Of a stretch of 64,000 nucleotides of DNA, positions 12,390 to 26,133 are shown in pieces. Position numbers and translations under genes: made by a program. Numbering within the stretch: the first letter of the stretch is position 1; every line of letters begins with the position of its first letter. The stretch is from positions 577,888 to 641,887 of the forward strand of contig NW_018405338.1 in NCBI RefSeq assembly GCF_002113885.1, read 5' to 3'. The DNA is from Mizuhopecten yessoensis. Its lineage: Eukaryota. The notes below the pieces were generated by a model. That model was not told the DNA's origin and did not search any database. It was given only the letters and a program-made list of their open reading frames with translations.

Positions 12390-12936
12390 TAGGGGTGGGC
12401 ATGCAGCAATATATTTACATGACGATACGATACGTATCACGATTCTGTGGTCACAATACGATACGTATCACGATTCTGTGGTCACAATACGATATGTATC
12501 ACGATTCTGTGGTCACAATACGATACGTATCACGATTCTGTGGTCACAATACGATACGTATCACCATACTGTGGTCACAATACGATATGTATCACGATAC
12601 TGTGATCACTATACGATACGTATCACCATACTGTGGTCACGATAAGCTACGTATCCAATACATATAGTAACAGTAGAAGCAAAGAGAAAAGATATGTTGC
12701 AGATTTTTGATAGCAATATTACAAGACGAAATAGACTTAGACGAAAATTGACATGACTTTAAACACACACAATTCATGTCTTTCGACGTGCATGCCGAGC
12801 TGGAGCTGTCACTCACCATGTTGGAACCAATATGAGTAGACTAAATTCAGAAATGACATAGGCGTATTGTGACCTCCCTAAAAATACTATGTATTGTATC
12901 ATGGTCAAAATATCACGATATATCGTTGCAGCCCTT
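12390..12936 (+). mobile_element. hAT-type MITE carrying an internal 31-bp minisatellite
   Basis: Ends TAGGGGTG.../...GCAGCCCTT; 8-bp TSD ATAAGAAC 12382-12389 vs ATAAGCAC 12937-12944; subterminal CGATA motifs. Confidence 0.75.
12424..12645. repeat. 31-bp CpG-rich minisatellite, ~7 copies
   Basis: Unit CGATACGTATCACGATTCTGTGGTCACAATA. Confidence 0.95.
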
Positions 12937-13607
12937 ATAAGCACAGAGGACCAACACATCACTCTGTCTCAAAGCAGGGGTTGGCTGATGGCACGACAGT
13001 GAATTAGTATCTGTTGGTACTTCTACTGTATATGATTTGGATGGACTTATTATCAGTCATGGGCTTATTGCTGAATAAATATGGGATAATTGTGCACTGT
13101 GCTGCTGGACTGAAAAGCTTCCAAAGTCATCAAGACTTAAGCGGAATGGGTTACTATATCTCAATAGCAAGATAATGTCTTGTAATTTCCATACCTTTTC
13201 TGTTCCAGTTTTGGGGATCTATTAAACATTGGCTGAAAGTGGCTTTTATGTAAAAAATAGCGGAGAAATTACAACATGGGAGCAGGGTTGTCTATTGAGC
13301 TTTGCTAAATTTTGCTAAATTTTATATCTATATATGGTGAAATTCCAATTCTGAATTGCAGAGTATAGGCAATTTCTTTATTTCAATTTAATAAAGACCC
13401 TATCTAAGCTCTGATATGTAAAACTTTGCATTTCTTTCAGATAGATTTCTGTACAGTAAAATTAGGGTTTGTGTAATTCTCTCCTGAAAGTTCTTGTTTC
13501 TTAGAGTATGACTTCTGAATGTGTTTATGTTTATCCTGAATTCAGAATGTGGAAAAAATCATGTGAAAGTCCAGTTGTCATGGCAAGGTCAAAAACCCAA
13601 TTCCTTC

Positions 13608-13840
13608 TTAAGGATTTCTGACCCACTGTAGACAAAACACCAAAGAGCTCCTCTATAATTTTTGTTTCTACAGTAACCTCCCCTTAACTTTGTTTTGGAT
13701 AAAACTGTAATGTGACTGGGCACAGGCAAACCCATTGACTAGGTAGCTCATTTGTTTACAGAAACAGTGTAATGATTTGGGGTCCAGGGTTCGAATCCTG
13801 GTCTAGCTGCGTTGAATTTTTGACACCCGCGACATTTGAT
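13608..13840 (+). mobile_element. Interspersed repeat starting TTAA|GG with an internal tRNA-like (A-box/B-box) segment
   Basis: Shared motif CAGTAACCTCCCCTTAACTTTGTTTTGGATA 13671-13701; GGTAGCTCA 13742; GGTTCGAATCC 13788-13798; reverse copies at ~28585-28695 and ~41770-41966. Confidence 0.7.
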
Positions 13841-13898
13841 TTCCTTTGTTTTTTCATAGAGTTTGGAAAGGTATGGTTTTCTTTTCAAAAATGCTTTA

Positions 13899-13989
13899 TT
13901 AAACCTTTCACCACTGTAGACCATAATGGGCCCTTCCATATCAATGCATGGTAAAGTCTACTAAAGTTACATAGGGGTAAAAGGGTTAA
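13899..13989 (+). mobile_element. Micro-MITE family B
   Basis: TTAA|ACCTTTCACC...GGTAAAAGGG|TTAA; internal TCAATGCATGGTA.AGTCTACTAAAGTTACA shared with 5685. Confidence 0.85.
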
Positions 13990-14582
13990 AGCTATAGCCA
14001 ATTGTGACTTAAGGTTTCAAGGTTTGTCAGCAGTGATGCAAGGTTCTTTATGTCGTCTTTTGATTGATTGATACAACATTCAATGTGCACTTTTAAATTT
14101 AAACTGGGTTCAAAACCAGGATTGCCACCTCCAGGCTATAAAGAAACAACTAAAAGACCGTGCAGGCTGTACCGTTCAAAATGTCTCGGTGGCAACGAGG
14201 CGATGTGTTCGATGCTGATCTGTGAGACCATAATATCGTTTCACAATCATCTAAAGAAGACCTGATTTGATTGGTCTTTTTTCAGTCAACCATTATAAGG
14301 TCATAAACCCTCTTCACTGTAAAAACTATATAATTTGAAAATCAATGGATTAGTCCTAACAGGTACTTAAGAAATGTTCGGCAATCGTAAAGGGTCGCTG
14401 TCACGTAACAATGTTGTATTGTTTAGTTATAGCTTCTCCCGGCTCCTATGAGGGTTTCTAATGAGGCTGGCGGTGTGGATACGGGCAAGATCTGTAATGT
14501 CATAGGAATGGTTATGTAATTGTCTGAATTTTATAGGAAAATGTGGGTGACTCCACGGGTGAAAGTGTTAAGTATAACAATA

Positions 14583-16952
14583 CCTTTACTGGACAGTAGG
14601 ATACATGTGTCTTAGCTTTACTGGACAGTAGGGTACATGTGTCTTTGCTTAACAGGTAACTAGTGGACATGTGTCTTAACTTTACTCGACAGTAGGGTAC
14701 ATATGTCTTAACTTTACAGGACTGTAGGGTACATGTGTCTTAACTTTACTCGACAGTTAGGTACATGTGTCTTAGCTTTACTTGACAGTTAGGTACATGT
14801 GTCTTAGCTTTACTGAACAGTAGGGTACATGTGTCTTAACTTTACTCGACAGTAGGGTACATATGTCTTAACTTTACTCGACAGTTAGGTACATGTGTCT
14901 TAACTTTACTGGACAGTTAGGTACATGTGTCTTAGCTTTACTCGACAGTTAGGTACATGTGTCTTAGCTTTACTGAACAGTAGGGTACATGTGTCTTTGC
15001 TTAACAGGTAACTAGTGTACATGTGTCTTAACTTTACTGAACAGTAGGGTACATGTGTCTTAGCTTTACTTGACAGTTAGGTACATGTGTATTAGCTTTA
15101 CTGAACAGTAGGGTACATGTGTCTTAACTTTACTCAACAGTAGGGTACATATGTCTTAACTTTACTGAACAGTAGTGTACATGTGTCTCAGCTTTACTGG
15201 ACAGTGGGGTACATATGTCCTAACTTTACTGGACAGTGGGGTACATATGTCTTAACTTTACTGGACAGTAAGATACATATGTCTTAGCTTTACTGAACAG
15301 TAGGGTACATGTGTCTTAACTTTACTCGACAGTAGGGTACATAAGTCTTAACTTTACTCGACAGTAGGATACATGTGTCTTAACTTTACTGAACAGGAGG
15401 GTACATATGTCTTAACTTTACTCGATGNAACTTTACTGGACAGTAAGATACATATGTCTTAGCTTTACTGAACAGTAGGGTACATGTGTCTTAACTATAC
15501 TGGACTGTAGGGTACATATGTCTTAACTTTACTCGACAGTAGGATACATGTGTCTTAACTTTACTGGACAGTAGGGTACATATGTCTTAACTTTACTCGA
15601 CAGTAGGGTACATATGTCTTAACTTTACTGGACAGTTGGGTACATGTGTCTTAGCATTACTGAACAGTAGGGTACATGTGTCTTAACTTTACAGAACAGT
15701 AGGGTACATGTGTCTTAGCATTACAGGACAGTAGGGTACATGTGTCTTAACTTTACTGGACAGTAGGGTTCATGTGTCTTAATTTTGCAGGACAATAGGG
15801 TACATGTGTCTTAACTTTTCAGGACAGTAAGGTACATGTGTTTAAACTTTACTGGACAGTAGGGTACATGTGTCTTAACTTTGCAGGACAGTAGGGTACA
15901 TGTGTCTTAACTTTTCAGGACAGTAAGGTACATGTGTTTAAACTTTACTGGACAGAAGGGTACATGTGTCTTAACTTTGCAGGACAGTAGGGTACATGTG
16001 TCTTAACTTTGCAGGACAGTATGGTTCATGTGCCTTAACTTTTCAGGACATGAGGTACATGTGTTTAAACTTTACTGGACAGTAGGGTACATGTGTCTTA
16101 ACTTTACTGGACTGTAAGGTACATGTGTCTTAGCTTTACTGGACAATAGGGTACATGTGTCATTAGCTTTACTGAACAGTAGGGTACATGTGTCTTAACT
16201 TTACTGGACAATAGGTTGCATGTGTCTTAACTTTACAGGACAGTAGAGTACATGTGTCTTTAACTTTACTGAACAGTAGGGTGCATGTGTCTTAACTTTA
16301 CTGGACAATAGGGTACATGTGTCTTAACTTTACTGGACAATATGGTACATGTGTCTTAGCTTTACTGGACAGCAGGGTACATGGGTCTTAGCTTTATTGG
16401 ACAGTAAGATACATGTGTCTTAACTTTCCTGGACAGTAGGGTACATGTGTCTTAGCTTTACTGGACAGTAAGGAACATATGTGTCTTAACTTTACTGGAC
16501 AGTTGGGAACATGTGTCTTAGCATTACTGGACAGTTGGGAACATGTGTCTTTACTGGACAGTGGGGAACATGTGTCTTAGCTTGACTGGACAGTAGGGTA
16601 CATGTGTCTTTACTGGACAGTGGGGTAGGTACATGTGTCTTAGCTTTACTGAACAGTAGGAAACATGTGTCTTAGGATTACAGGCATGTGTCTTAGCTTT
16701 ACTGGACAGTAGGGTACATATGTCTTTACTGGACAGTGGGGTACATGTGTCTTAGCTTGACTGGACAGTAAGGAACATGTGTCTTTACTGGACAGTGGAG
16801 TACATGTGTCTTAGCTTTACTTGACAGTAGGGTACATGTGTCTTTACCGGACAGTGGGGTACATGTGTCTTAGCTTGACTGGACAGTAGGGTACATGTGT
16901 CCTTATATTACAGGACAGTAAGGTACATGTGTCGTAGTGTTACAGGACAGTA
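14583..16952. repeat. 32-bp minisatellite, ~2.4 kb (~70+ copies)
   Basis: Unit CTTTACTGGACAGTAGGGTACATGTGTCTTAA/G; shorter variants toward the 3' end; a single n near 15428 suggests a contig join. Confidence 0.97.
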
Positions 16953-17744
16953 AAATTGTGCCTTTGGAAGCTGGACTGCATTATAGCATGTTCATGTTTA
17001 TATTCAAATTTTCATTCCCCTTGGCAGATCGTATTTTTGTAAATTAAAATAACTCTGAAACAGTTAAGACAAACCTGTTTGTATATGTCTCTGATTCTGC
17101 TTGATAATAGAACTACTTGTTAGTGCAGCTGACATAAAAACACTCAAACAAATAAGTCTCTTATTGTGAAATTTCATGTTTTTCTATTAATGCTGAATTT
17201 TCTTTTACAAAAAATAAAATTGAATTTAAAGTCACTTTGGACATTACATGCTGAAAACCATGACAGTGCATTTAGTTAAATGGAGACTGCCATCCCATAC
17301 AAATCAAGGTATGGCAGTAATCTTCATCTGTAGGAGTTGTTCCCCTTTATTATGTAGATATACTGACATCAGTGATTATTCCTGATCCAAAATGGTGATA
17401 TTTTGCAACATATTTTTGCTTTTTGGGGATGAAGGAAATTTTCCAAAATATGTCAAAGGATACATTTTCTTCAAAAGTATTCATACAGAAGACTTAAACA
17501 ACTTCTGTAATGAAGAATTATTTAATGTTTTAATTTAGGAAAATTGTAAAGAAAGGGGAAAAGCATCACTGGGAAACGTGTCCCTAATATTGGCCCCTTT
17601 GAGGACCTTCATAAATCACTGGAAAGTATTGTGTCACTTAAAAGAAATAAATCAATATAAATCTTATAAAAAAAAGAGAGTTCTGATCTATCCACATTGT
17701 GCAAATTCAAGAATTTGTTTTAAAAAAAGGCAAAGTCTTAGAGA

Positions 17745-17965
17745 TACATTCATTTTTAAAATAGAATGTCTCTCATCAAAAAAAAAAAGATATATTCATT
17801 TTAAAATAGAACGTCTCTCATCAAAAAAAAAAAAGATATATTCATTTTAAAATAGAATGTCTCTCATCAAAAAAAAAAAGATATATTCATTTTAAAATAG
17901 AATGTCTCTTATCTAAAAAATGATGCATTCATTTTATAAATAAAATGTCTCTTATTTCTAGAATA
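17745..17965. repeat. ~46-bp AT-rich tandem repeat, ~4.5 copies
   Basis: Unit ATATTCATTTTAAAATAGAATGTCTCTCATC(A)nGAT. Confidence 0.9.
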
Positions 17966-20900
17966 TTGAAATTATTAAGAAAACATAAAACTTGTTATTT
18001 TGATCTCTTGAGTGTGGAATGTTCACACTAGGAGGCGATAATTGACTAGAATAATTCAGCTGAAAATTCTTAGGGAAGACTTTGGGGCTGGTAGGCAGTT
18101 AAGTAAAAGGATAGTAAGAAATTTGGCCTGAAATATCAATTACTGTCGATATCAAAACTCTTACACATATATACACAAAATATATTCTCAATAGTTCCAG
18201 TAGCTGCCTTATTTAGATAAATCAATATACATGTATGTTTCAACTTTCAACAGCTGCATTTTTCTTTCATATAAAACACACAGGATGTGGCCATTCAGAC
18301 ACTAGTACAACTTTTGAAGTTGATTTGTTTTTCAGAAATGATCTTCAACTTTGGCAGAGTTATAACTCGAGTGTGGTGGTCAGTATGATAAGATGGTAGC
18401 CTAAAGTGACCCAAATGACTTCCTCATGAAATTGATGTGTGAATCTGTTACAGAATCCTGTCAGTCACGTTGTGCTGACCAACATTACTGGTCAGTTACA
18501 TGGTCATTACCTGGTCATTTTCATACCTCAGATGACCAATGGCCATGCATTAGCTGACCAGCTTATACTGAACACCATGCAGCTACTGACCACCATACAG
18601 CTTGCTTTGATTAATTCCGCCCTGGAGAGGTCATTTTGAAGGCTGCAGCTCTGGACTGGCAATTAAGAGGTCACTGTGAGTTTGATCAGGTCATTTGCAG
18701 CAATTAAGTGCAACAATCAGTAGTTTTCAGTTCCTAACTTTGAGATATGATGGTGATTGGTCAATTTCTACTTTCATGATGGCTTGGCTCACTCTAGATC
18801 TGTGTTGATTGTAATAAATGTTCTAAAGATGTTGATTCCAAAATAAAAGGGAAGAAAACTTTAAGGAATTTCCAAATTTAATGTAAAAAAATAAGACAAT
18901 AAGTGATCAGTTAAAACAAAAGCAGAACAAAAAGATTAGCAGTCATTTAAATTGAAAATTATGGAAACTGACGCTTAATGTAATTGTTGCTTGAGGAATG
19001 ATAGTATCTACAAAGTAATAAAAAAATCTTACAGTCTTCAAATAAGTGATATTTTACTCTTTCTAATTTTTTTTACAATATATTGATTTAAATAGAACCT
19101 ATATGACTACATTGTTGGTATCTTTATTATAACTAAGCTTCAAAACAAATTGGGGGAATTCAATATTTTAGTTTCAAATAGGGAAATACAGCTAGGTAAA
19201 TTAACTGCAAAGGGGCGAAAATGAAACAAAACTAAAAAAGTTATGTTAGACAACATTTTACTTCATATGACAGCTAAATATTTATTGATCTCATCAACAG
19301 CAAATAATTAAGAAAAGAAAAAGATAACTGATCAAGGAAAGGTACCGCACAAGCTGTGGTAGAGTTTATGGAAAAAATCCAGTGTGTCTGAATTGAACTG
19401 ACCCTAGATTTGTGCATTAAGCACCCTATGTGCAATGGAATGTAAGCCGAGCTGTCAACGGTTGTGGTCAGAGCTTAGTCATTTGGGACGGAGCGGGGAA
19501 CCAAACTGGTCATTTCTCCCTGAAGCTGTGTCCACTGATGGCGGTGACTCAGTCACTAATTGGTGTTGGGGGATTCACTTTAATTATGTGTTTACAGATA
19601 GTCCATACATCACTGTGGTTATAATGAGCTTGGACACTGGGGAAATTCTGCTGCTGAAGTGACAGCTACCCCTAAATGCTCCGGAATATTGGGTCACTTT
19701 ACGAATTAATAATATTTCCTCCACAGAACGTCAAAGAATTGGTGTCGTAAAAATGTCATTTTGAATGAATAATATTATTTTATTGTCCTTAGTTTATGGT
19801 AGGGCACCGTGACAAAATGCTGTTGTGTTGTCATCTGGTCAGATGTGAAACAGGTTTCTCTTTACTGGATCACCAATTGAAGTGCAAAGGACAGATTTGA
19901 AGGTCAAAGGTCAACAAAAACTGTTTATGTACAATAAAGCATTTATTTTCTAGAAAAAAACTACTTTTGGCAAAATAGGACAAATTAGAAATATTTTGAT
20001 GTGATGTAAAATGAAAATATATATAGAACTTTAGGAAGCAGCATACAGGACAAAAAAGGTGGAAATTCAAATTATGAAACTACGGAAATATTGTTCATGG
20101 TTAAATGAAAACAGAAAAGGTAATTGATACATTTCAAATATGTTCAATAATAATGCAAAAATATAACGTTAATTAAGGATTCACAAATGATTGATGTGTA
20201 ATTGGTCTCCAAAATATTCAAAGGGTAATTTTCTAAATCATTTGGAGTGATTCATTTTTTTGGTTAGAAAAAAAATAAAAAAGTAGCAATGATATATTTT
20301 TATATTCCCACTTCCATGAAGTTGGGTGTGTAGTCTTTGTCCTGTGCCTGGATACTTCTGGACCAGGATGTGTTGGTTCATCCATCCATTACAGTTTCCT
20401 GAGCACATCTTGGTCACTGTTTCATGTATTTTGTAGGTATATAGATATTGAGAAGGTGCTGTGTCACATTTAAAAGAAAGGTCATTGTGACCTACTTTGA
20501 CCCTGTTGACCTTTGATCACGCATACAGAAATACAGATTTCTAGAGCAATTGTCTTGGCCTGTACATTCTAACATGCATTTACGAAATCCTAGGGGATTA
20601 AATTGGGTGTACTTTTCTTTAAGAGGAGAGACAACTTAGTTACCTCCCCTTGTAAGATATCTATGTGGTCAGAGGCTGCCACCAAAACGCACCAGACATT
20701 ACAAAAGTATTTGCTGCATGGAACAGGCTGAGAATACAACATCATCAAAACTCCAGGAGTTACACTCATTTAAGTTAACTGCAACACATGTCATGGCAAA
20801 ACTGAAGGCATGCGGCTAGCTGTTTGATTGGTTTCAGATGAAAAAAAACGCACTTCCAATCGCTATGCTAATACCAGTAGCCTTTGAAGATTACAAAGGA

Positions 20901-23900
20901 GCAACACCCAACTTCAGAGCCAGTCAATTTTACCATTATGGTGCAGTGTGATTCTTTTGATGTATATCAAAGAATCAAACTAGTCTTGTTGTCTCATCCA
21001 CAAAGTTTCTGGTACAGAGCCTTCAATTTCGCCATGACATATTCCAGGGGTGCAGAGAACGTAAGGGAGCGTAACCCCTGGAATCTCAAGCATGAGAATA
21101 CAAATCATTATCATGAAAGTTTAAAGCAGGATGCTTGTTTTAGGAATGTCGGCACTTGGATTTAAAGTTCAAAGTCTTTCATCTTAAATAGCTGTAACTA
21201 ATGGAGATGGACAGATATTTACGACAGATTTCCTAGATTTCTGCAACGAAAATGCAAAAGATACATCTCCCTACATATCCAGTACTTTATGAATGAATTG
21301 TTATTTACTATGTTCAAGCTAATAATTGCCCCATCCCTTATAAACTCTTTCTAAGGTCGAAAGCATCTTGTCCATGCACCATAATGTAATTACATCGAAA
21401 AGCGTATATTAGCACTAATTTCATGGGTGAATTTTGGAAATTTGGAAGTTTGGAAGATTTGTAGTATTCTCAAATTGATAAGTTCACAGTGGGATTACTA
21501 GGTCAAATACAGTATGTAAAATATTGATATTTAGAGAGAATAAGGTTTCGGTAGAATTGTAGCTAAATGTGGTCGTCTGCTTCCCGGAGAACAATTTAAA
21601 CTACAGGTTGATGGATGTTCACATTGGGAGTTCCAGGAGACCAATCCCGATTTGTGACGTCTGCTATAAAAACAGACTAACATTTGTACTGTAGAAGTTC
21701 ACGAAAATACCTCAGAAGACAAATATTGTGGGGCAGAATTGAAACTAAATTCGGCAATCTGGTATCGGCAGGAGTTTCACGGAAACAAGAGTGCAGCTTG
21801 ATAAATCGTTCTGTCGTGAAAATTGAGAGAACGTCGTCGTCCCAAATAAGATTTGCATGTTTGCAATTTGTCACCAGACAATTGTCGAGATGTTTGGTTT
21901 TGATTTGTTTAAAATTTGACGCCTCTATTTTGAAAATGTGTCCTATTTATTGATATGAATTGTTTTTAGATTTTATTAACAAGTGGTCACATGACATGAA
22001 TCATTACTGAACTGGTGTGTTTTTAACACTTTTATCTAAAAGTAGCTTTGTATGTAGTACATGTATTTCATTAATCAGTAATTACTTGTGGAATTCTTTA
22101 ATTCTCAGAAACTTCCATAGAAAGCTTCACCCAGTTGTTGGAAGACTTGTCGGCCCATATGACATCAAAACTTTTATTTTCATGTACATTTATTTCATAA
22201 AATATATATATTTGTCTTCAAGCGGGCATTAATTCTTTTGCGTTTATAGTTACATTTAGTGTTTTATAATTAAAGCACAATATTCTGAATGTTTTTGTTA
22301 TAGTGTGTCAAGTTGACAATCCTTTTTTTTTTGCTGGTCTAAGTCCCATTTAATCAAAGAATTGTTAGCTTTATGACAAGAAATGTGATATAATGTATTA
22401 ATAAAAAATGAATTTAATGATAAAATTTACATGTGGGAACTGAAAAGTTATATCCCGAAAACAAAATATGTACAAATACTTTCTTAGTTTGACTTGGTGT
22501 GGAATAAAATCAGTTTTGAACATTTTATATTTTAGTTGGTTGAGTTGACAAATACTGGTGTAATGAGGCCATAGCTTGGCTGATTTATACGTAAATGGTG
22601 GCTGGTGACACTCTTGACCGTTATGAGTCAGCTTGATTGGTCATTAGCTCTCCAGCTAGAGAAATAAAGAAATATGGCTGCTGTTTGAAATATTGACACC
22701 CTATGAATAATGCATCAGATTTGTTGATGAAAATAAATGGATTTTGAATTGAAGGGGAATACCATCAGTTCTATCAATTGTTTGTGTGTTTAGTATGTTG
22801 ATTTCACTGACCATATGGACTGTCCAAACTGACCATATGCAACTTAAGTCAATAAGGACATTAAATGACCCTAAATACAGTCTACATTGTTAGCTGCACA
22901 CTGGCAAGGATGTGTGTAAAATCCAATGAAGAGATGATGACCATGAAATGGCTGGAATTGACCACCAGAATCCTGTGAGTAAAACCAATAATTGGACACA
23001 GCTGGACGATGGTCATCCAGATGGTGTGAGGATAGTTAGTGTGGCTATTGTTGTCTGCGAACATCACACTAACTCCTGTTGGTGCTTCTGCTCCCTGCAT
23101 CCCCGCAGCATCAACATGCAGCCTCCGAATCCTTGGTGTCACATTCTCCCAAACGGTGTCAAAGTCATTGAAAAACCTTCCCAGAACCCCCTCCCTAATC
23201 ATCTTAGCTCTGAAAACCTCCATTGATCCTCCCTGCTTAATTATCTTAGCTCGACATGCAGCATATTTTCTGATTAACGGTTAATTGTAAATTTACAGTC
23301 TGACTGTGTGAGGTGTGGGAGCGTTTGGAATCATACAGGAATGTCATTATAGACATGTGTTGACCAGTGCTTGACCAGTGTTTGACCAATGGTCATTCTG
23401 AACTAATATTAGTGAGGGGAGCTTGGAAAATTGTTTTATTTGTGGATAAACGATGTAAAAAAAATTAAGGAAATGTTGATTAGAAGAAAAAAATAAAAAC
23501 TTTGAATTGAAACTTTGCAGATTTTTTTCTCTCCATAAAAACAAAGAATTTTGGTTTGGTATATGTTTAATCTGTACAAGGTATGTAAAGTCTGTTTAGA
23601 GTAAAAGTATCTGTCAAAAAGAATATTTAAAAGGTGACACGATAATATCAAAATATGTATTTTATATATATATATAGTATGATTGATGTTCATTTCATAA
23701 CATTACTGTTTATTTCCTTATTAACTTTTATCGTAATGTTAATTAGAAGAAAAAAAGTCTGTCTGATATTCATTATTTATAAGAAAATCTGTGTTTGCAA
23801 TTAAACTGATAAAAATCTGACGAAAACATAAAAGCAATCATGATTTTTTGAAAAATTTATGACTATTTTAACAAGAAAAGGTACTTTTATGTTTTAATTA

Positions 23901-23916
23901 AAAAGCTAACAATGCT

Positions 23917-24004
23917 TTAAAATTCACCCCTGAAGACACATTTGAACTCTTCAAATTCAAAAGTTGGAATGGTTCATTATGAAATTTCAGGGGTGAATGA
24001 GTTA
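23917..24004 (+). mobile_element. Micro-MITE family A
   Basis: TTAAAATTCACCCCTGAAGACACA...TTCAGGGGTGAATGAGTTA. Confidence 0.85.
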
Positions 24005-24099
24005 CTGTCTTTCCCTGGCTGATCCAAGTCTATCATAACCTAGTGTCTCTTCCCTGGTACTTTTGACAACGGTAGACGTTTAGCTCCTTTCCAATCCCT

Positions 24100-24250
24100 G
24101 AGGGAGTCTGGGCCAGCACTCCACTCTCATTGGTCGATTGGTGCCGGTGGAAAGGTCACTGAGGTCGTGCCAATAATGCTTCACTTAATACAAAAGCGTG
24201 CACTTGTAATTGTCATCCGAAATTCCATCCCCAGTCAGAGTGTTCTGGAA
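24100..24250 (+). promoter_or_regulatory. Candidate promoter for the 24869 exon
   Basis: Locally GC-richer unique DNA with two inverted CCAAT boxes (ATTGG 24129, 24137), ~700 bp upstream of the ATG. Confidence 0.3.
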
Positions 24251-24868
24251 TTCCTGGATTGAAATCAGACGCAAAAAAATATTGCCGAGTTTTACACTGT
24301 TGAATAAGATCAATGGCACCAGTGGAATGCCTATATAGATTTTGTTGAGTCTGGTGACTTAACACAGTGGCCATGTATTACACATGTATATCGGAATAAT
24401 ATGAAATCGGATTTGATATTTTAATATTTTTTTTTTTTAAATTAAATTAAATCCCACGCAAATCTAACATGTAACGTTGTTTGAAAATACTGTTTCTGGT
24501 TTTTTTTATATATATATTTTTTTGAAATTCTAGACTTTAAAATGTTTAAAAAGAAAAGGATTGATTGCATTAGTTTACACTTGACCAATTCACATCGAAC
24601 AGGTGATTTTTCTTGTTGAGTTAAGAGAAATCCAGGTGTGTTGACATACCTGTACAAAGTTTATGCAGGTGTGTAATTTGCGACCAGCGTGGAAAACTAG
24701 TTACATACACCTGTATTTAAAGGGAAATGCTATACATTGTGGATATTTCAAATAATATTTGTGCATGTTTGGCGTGGAAGTATTGCATTGGATGTAAATT
24801 GTGATGTCAATTGGAATTAGAAAAATCAAAATTTCGTGACGGTGTACGTGAAAACAGCAGAATGTGTT

Positions 24869-24964
24869 ATGGGAAGATATACTCTGACCAACGTGTTGAA
24901 TAGAATGTCCCGTTTCGGATTTAATCTCAATGCTTCCCTGCATCAGAGGGGGATGTCACGCAAG
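24869..24964 (+). CDS. Candidate alternative first coding exon, MGRYTLTNVLNRMSRFGFNLNASLHQRGMSRK, phase-0 donor
   Basis: Three in-frame ATGs (24869, 24905, 24953), upstream in-frame TAG at 24818, donor AAG|GTAAGG at 24965. Confidence 0.5.
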
Positions 24965-25654
24965 GTAAGGACTATTTACAAAGATACAGTGATGTGCTAA
25001 GTCTTTATCATGTTGGGTCATTTTCACATTGGATTTTATGTTGTTGTTTTGTTTTTTTTCATAATATTTCCTGAGTTTGTTTGATATCCAGTTTTAATAA
25101 AACTTCACATCCTGTTAAATGTTGCCAAATACAATTTGTTTGGCCAATTAAATCATCATGGTAAGAATTCAATGAAAGTGCATGTGTAAGATATTTTTCT
25201 AGTTGTCTTGCAATTTTCATCAGCTTTTTACTAAAATTGAAGTTTAGTTACCAAAAGTAAATTGAAAATAACGTTGTGTGTAAGACTTACAGGGCACATC
25301 ACTGTATATTTGATTGGTTAAGATATTAATTGATATTGGTTTCAAAGTGCATGTGTATAGCTGACACATTTGAAACAAGACCATAGAAAGTTTGTATGTA
25401 TGTCTGTATGATAAGTTCTATAATCTTGATGTAGTTTTAACTTTAACATAATTTTCAAGGGTCATTGTTTGATGTGGTGATATCTTCCCAATCAGGACTG
25501 TTTGGTTGGATCTGAAACAAAATTACACTCAACAAGTCCAATATTTATGGATACCGACACCGGTGTTGCACTGCAGTTAAGCTTCGTTAATACAGCAGAA
25601 TAACAGCAGCCTGTGTGTAAGGATGATTGTATCAAGGTTTTGCTGTACAGTCAA

Positions 25655-25742
25655 ACCTGGCTTCTACAATCACTAGTCCTCCACCACCGGCTCATCCTTT
25701 AATGACCATAGCTGTTAATATGACGTAAAGCATAAATCACCA
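25655..25742 (+). mobile_element. 5'-truncated SINE fragment
   Basis: CCTCCACCACC...TAATGACCATAGCTGTTAATATGACGTAAA matches the 3' part of the 34432 SINE. Confidence 0.6.
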
Positions 25743-26042
25743 AGATCAGTGTGAATCCATGTAGCTATTGTTTATTCACTAAGATTGACGAACTCTGTTT
25801 CTTTTCGTGAGACCGATTGAAAATCAAGAGAAATGTGTCTCGTGCTGTGAGGAATTTTTCTGAAATAATTTTGTGAGTCTCGTGCTCAAATCTTTAGATA
25901 TGGCATGTATGCACAAACAAAACTAAATTTGGAAAGAAACAATTCAGTCAAGCTTCATTAATCAAACAGAAACACAACAGAATCACATTAATCAGCAAAA
26001 AACAGTCTAGAATAGTTAATCGAGCAGCAATACTCAGTCTTG

Positions 26043-26133
26043 TTAACTCATTCACCCCTGAAGACTCATTTGAACTCCTCCAATTCAAAGGTTGGAATAG
26101 TTCATAATGAAATTTCAGGGGTGAACGAGTTAA
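26043..26133 (+). mobile_element. Micro-MITE family A, complete
   Basis: TTAA|CTCATTCACCCCTGAA...TTCAGGGGTGAACGAG|TTAA. Confidence 0.9.

Noticed and set aside
13742-13810. tRNA gene
   Set aside because: Good B box but degenerate D arm and no convincing cloverleaf; embedded in an interspersed repeat with diverged copies.
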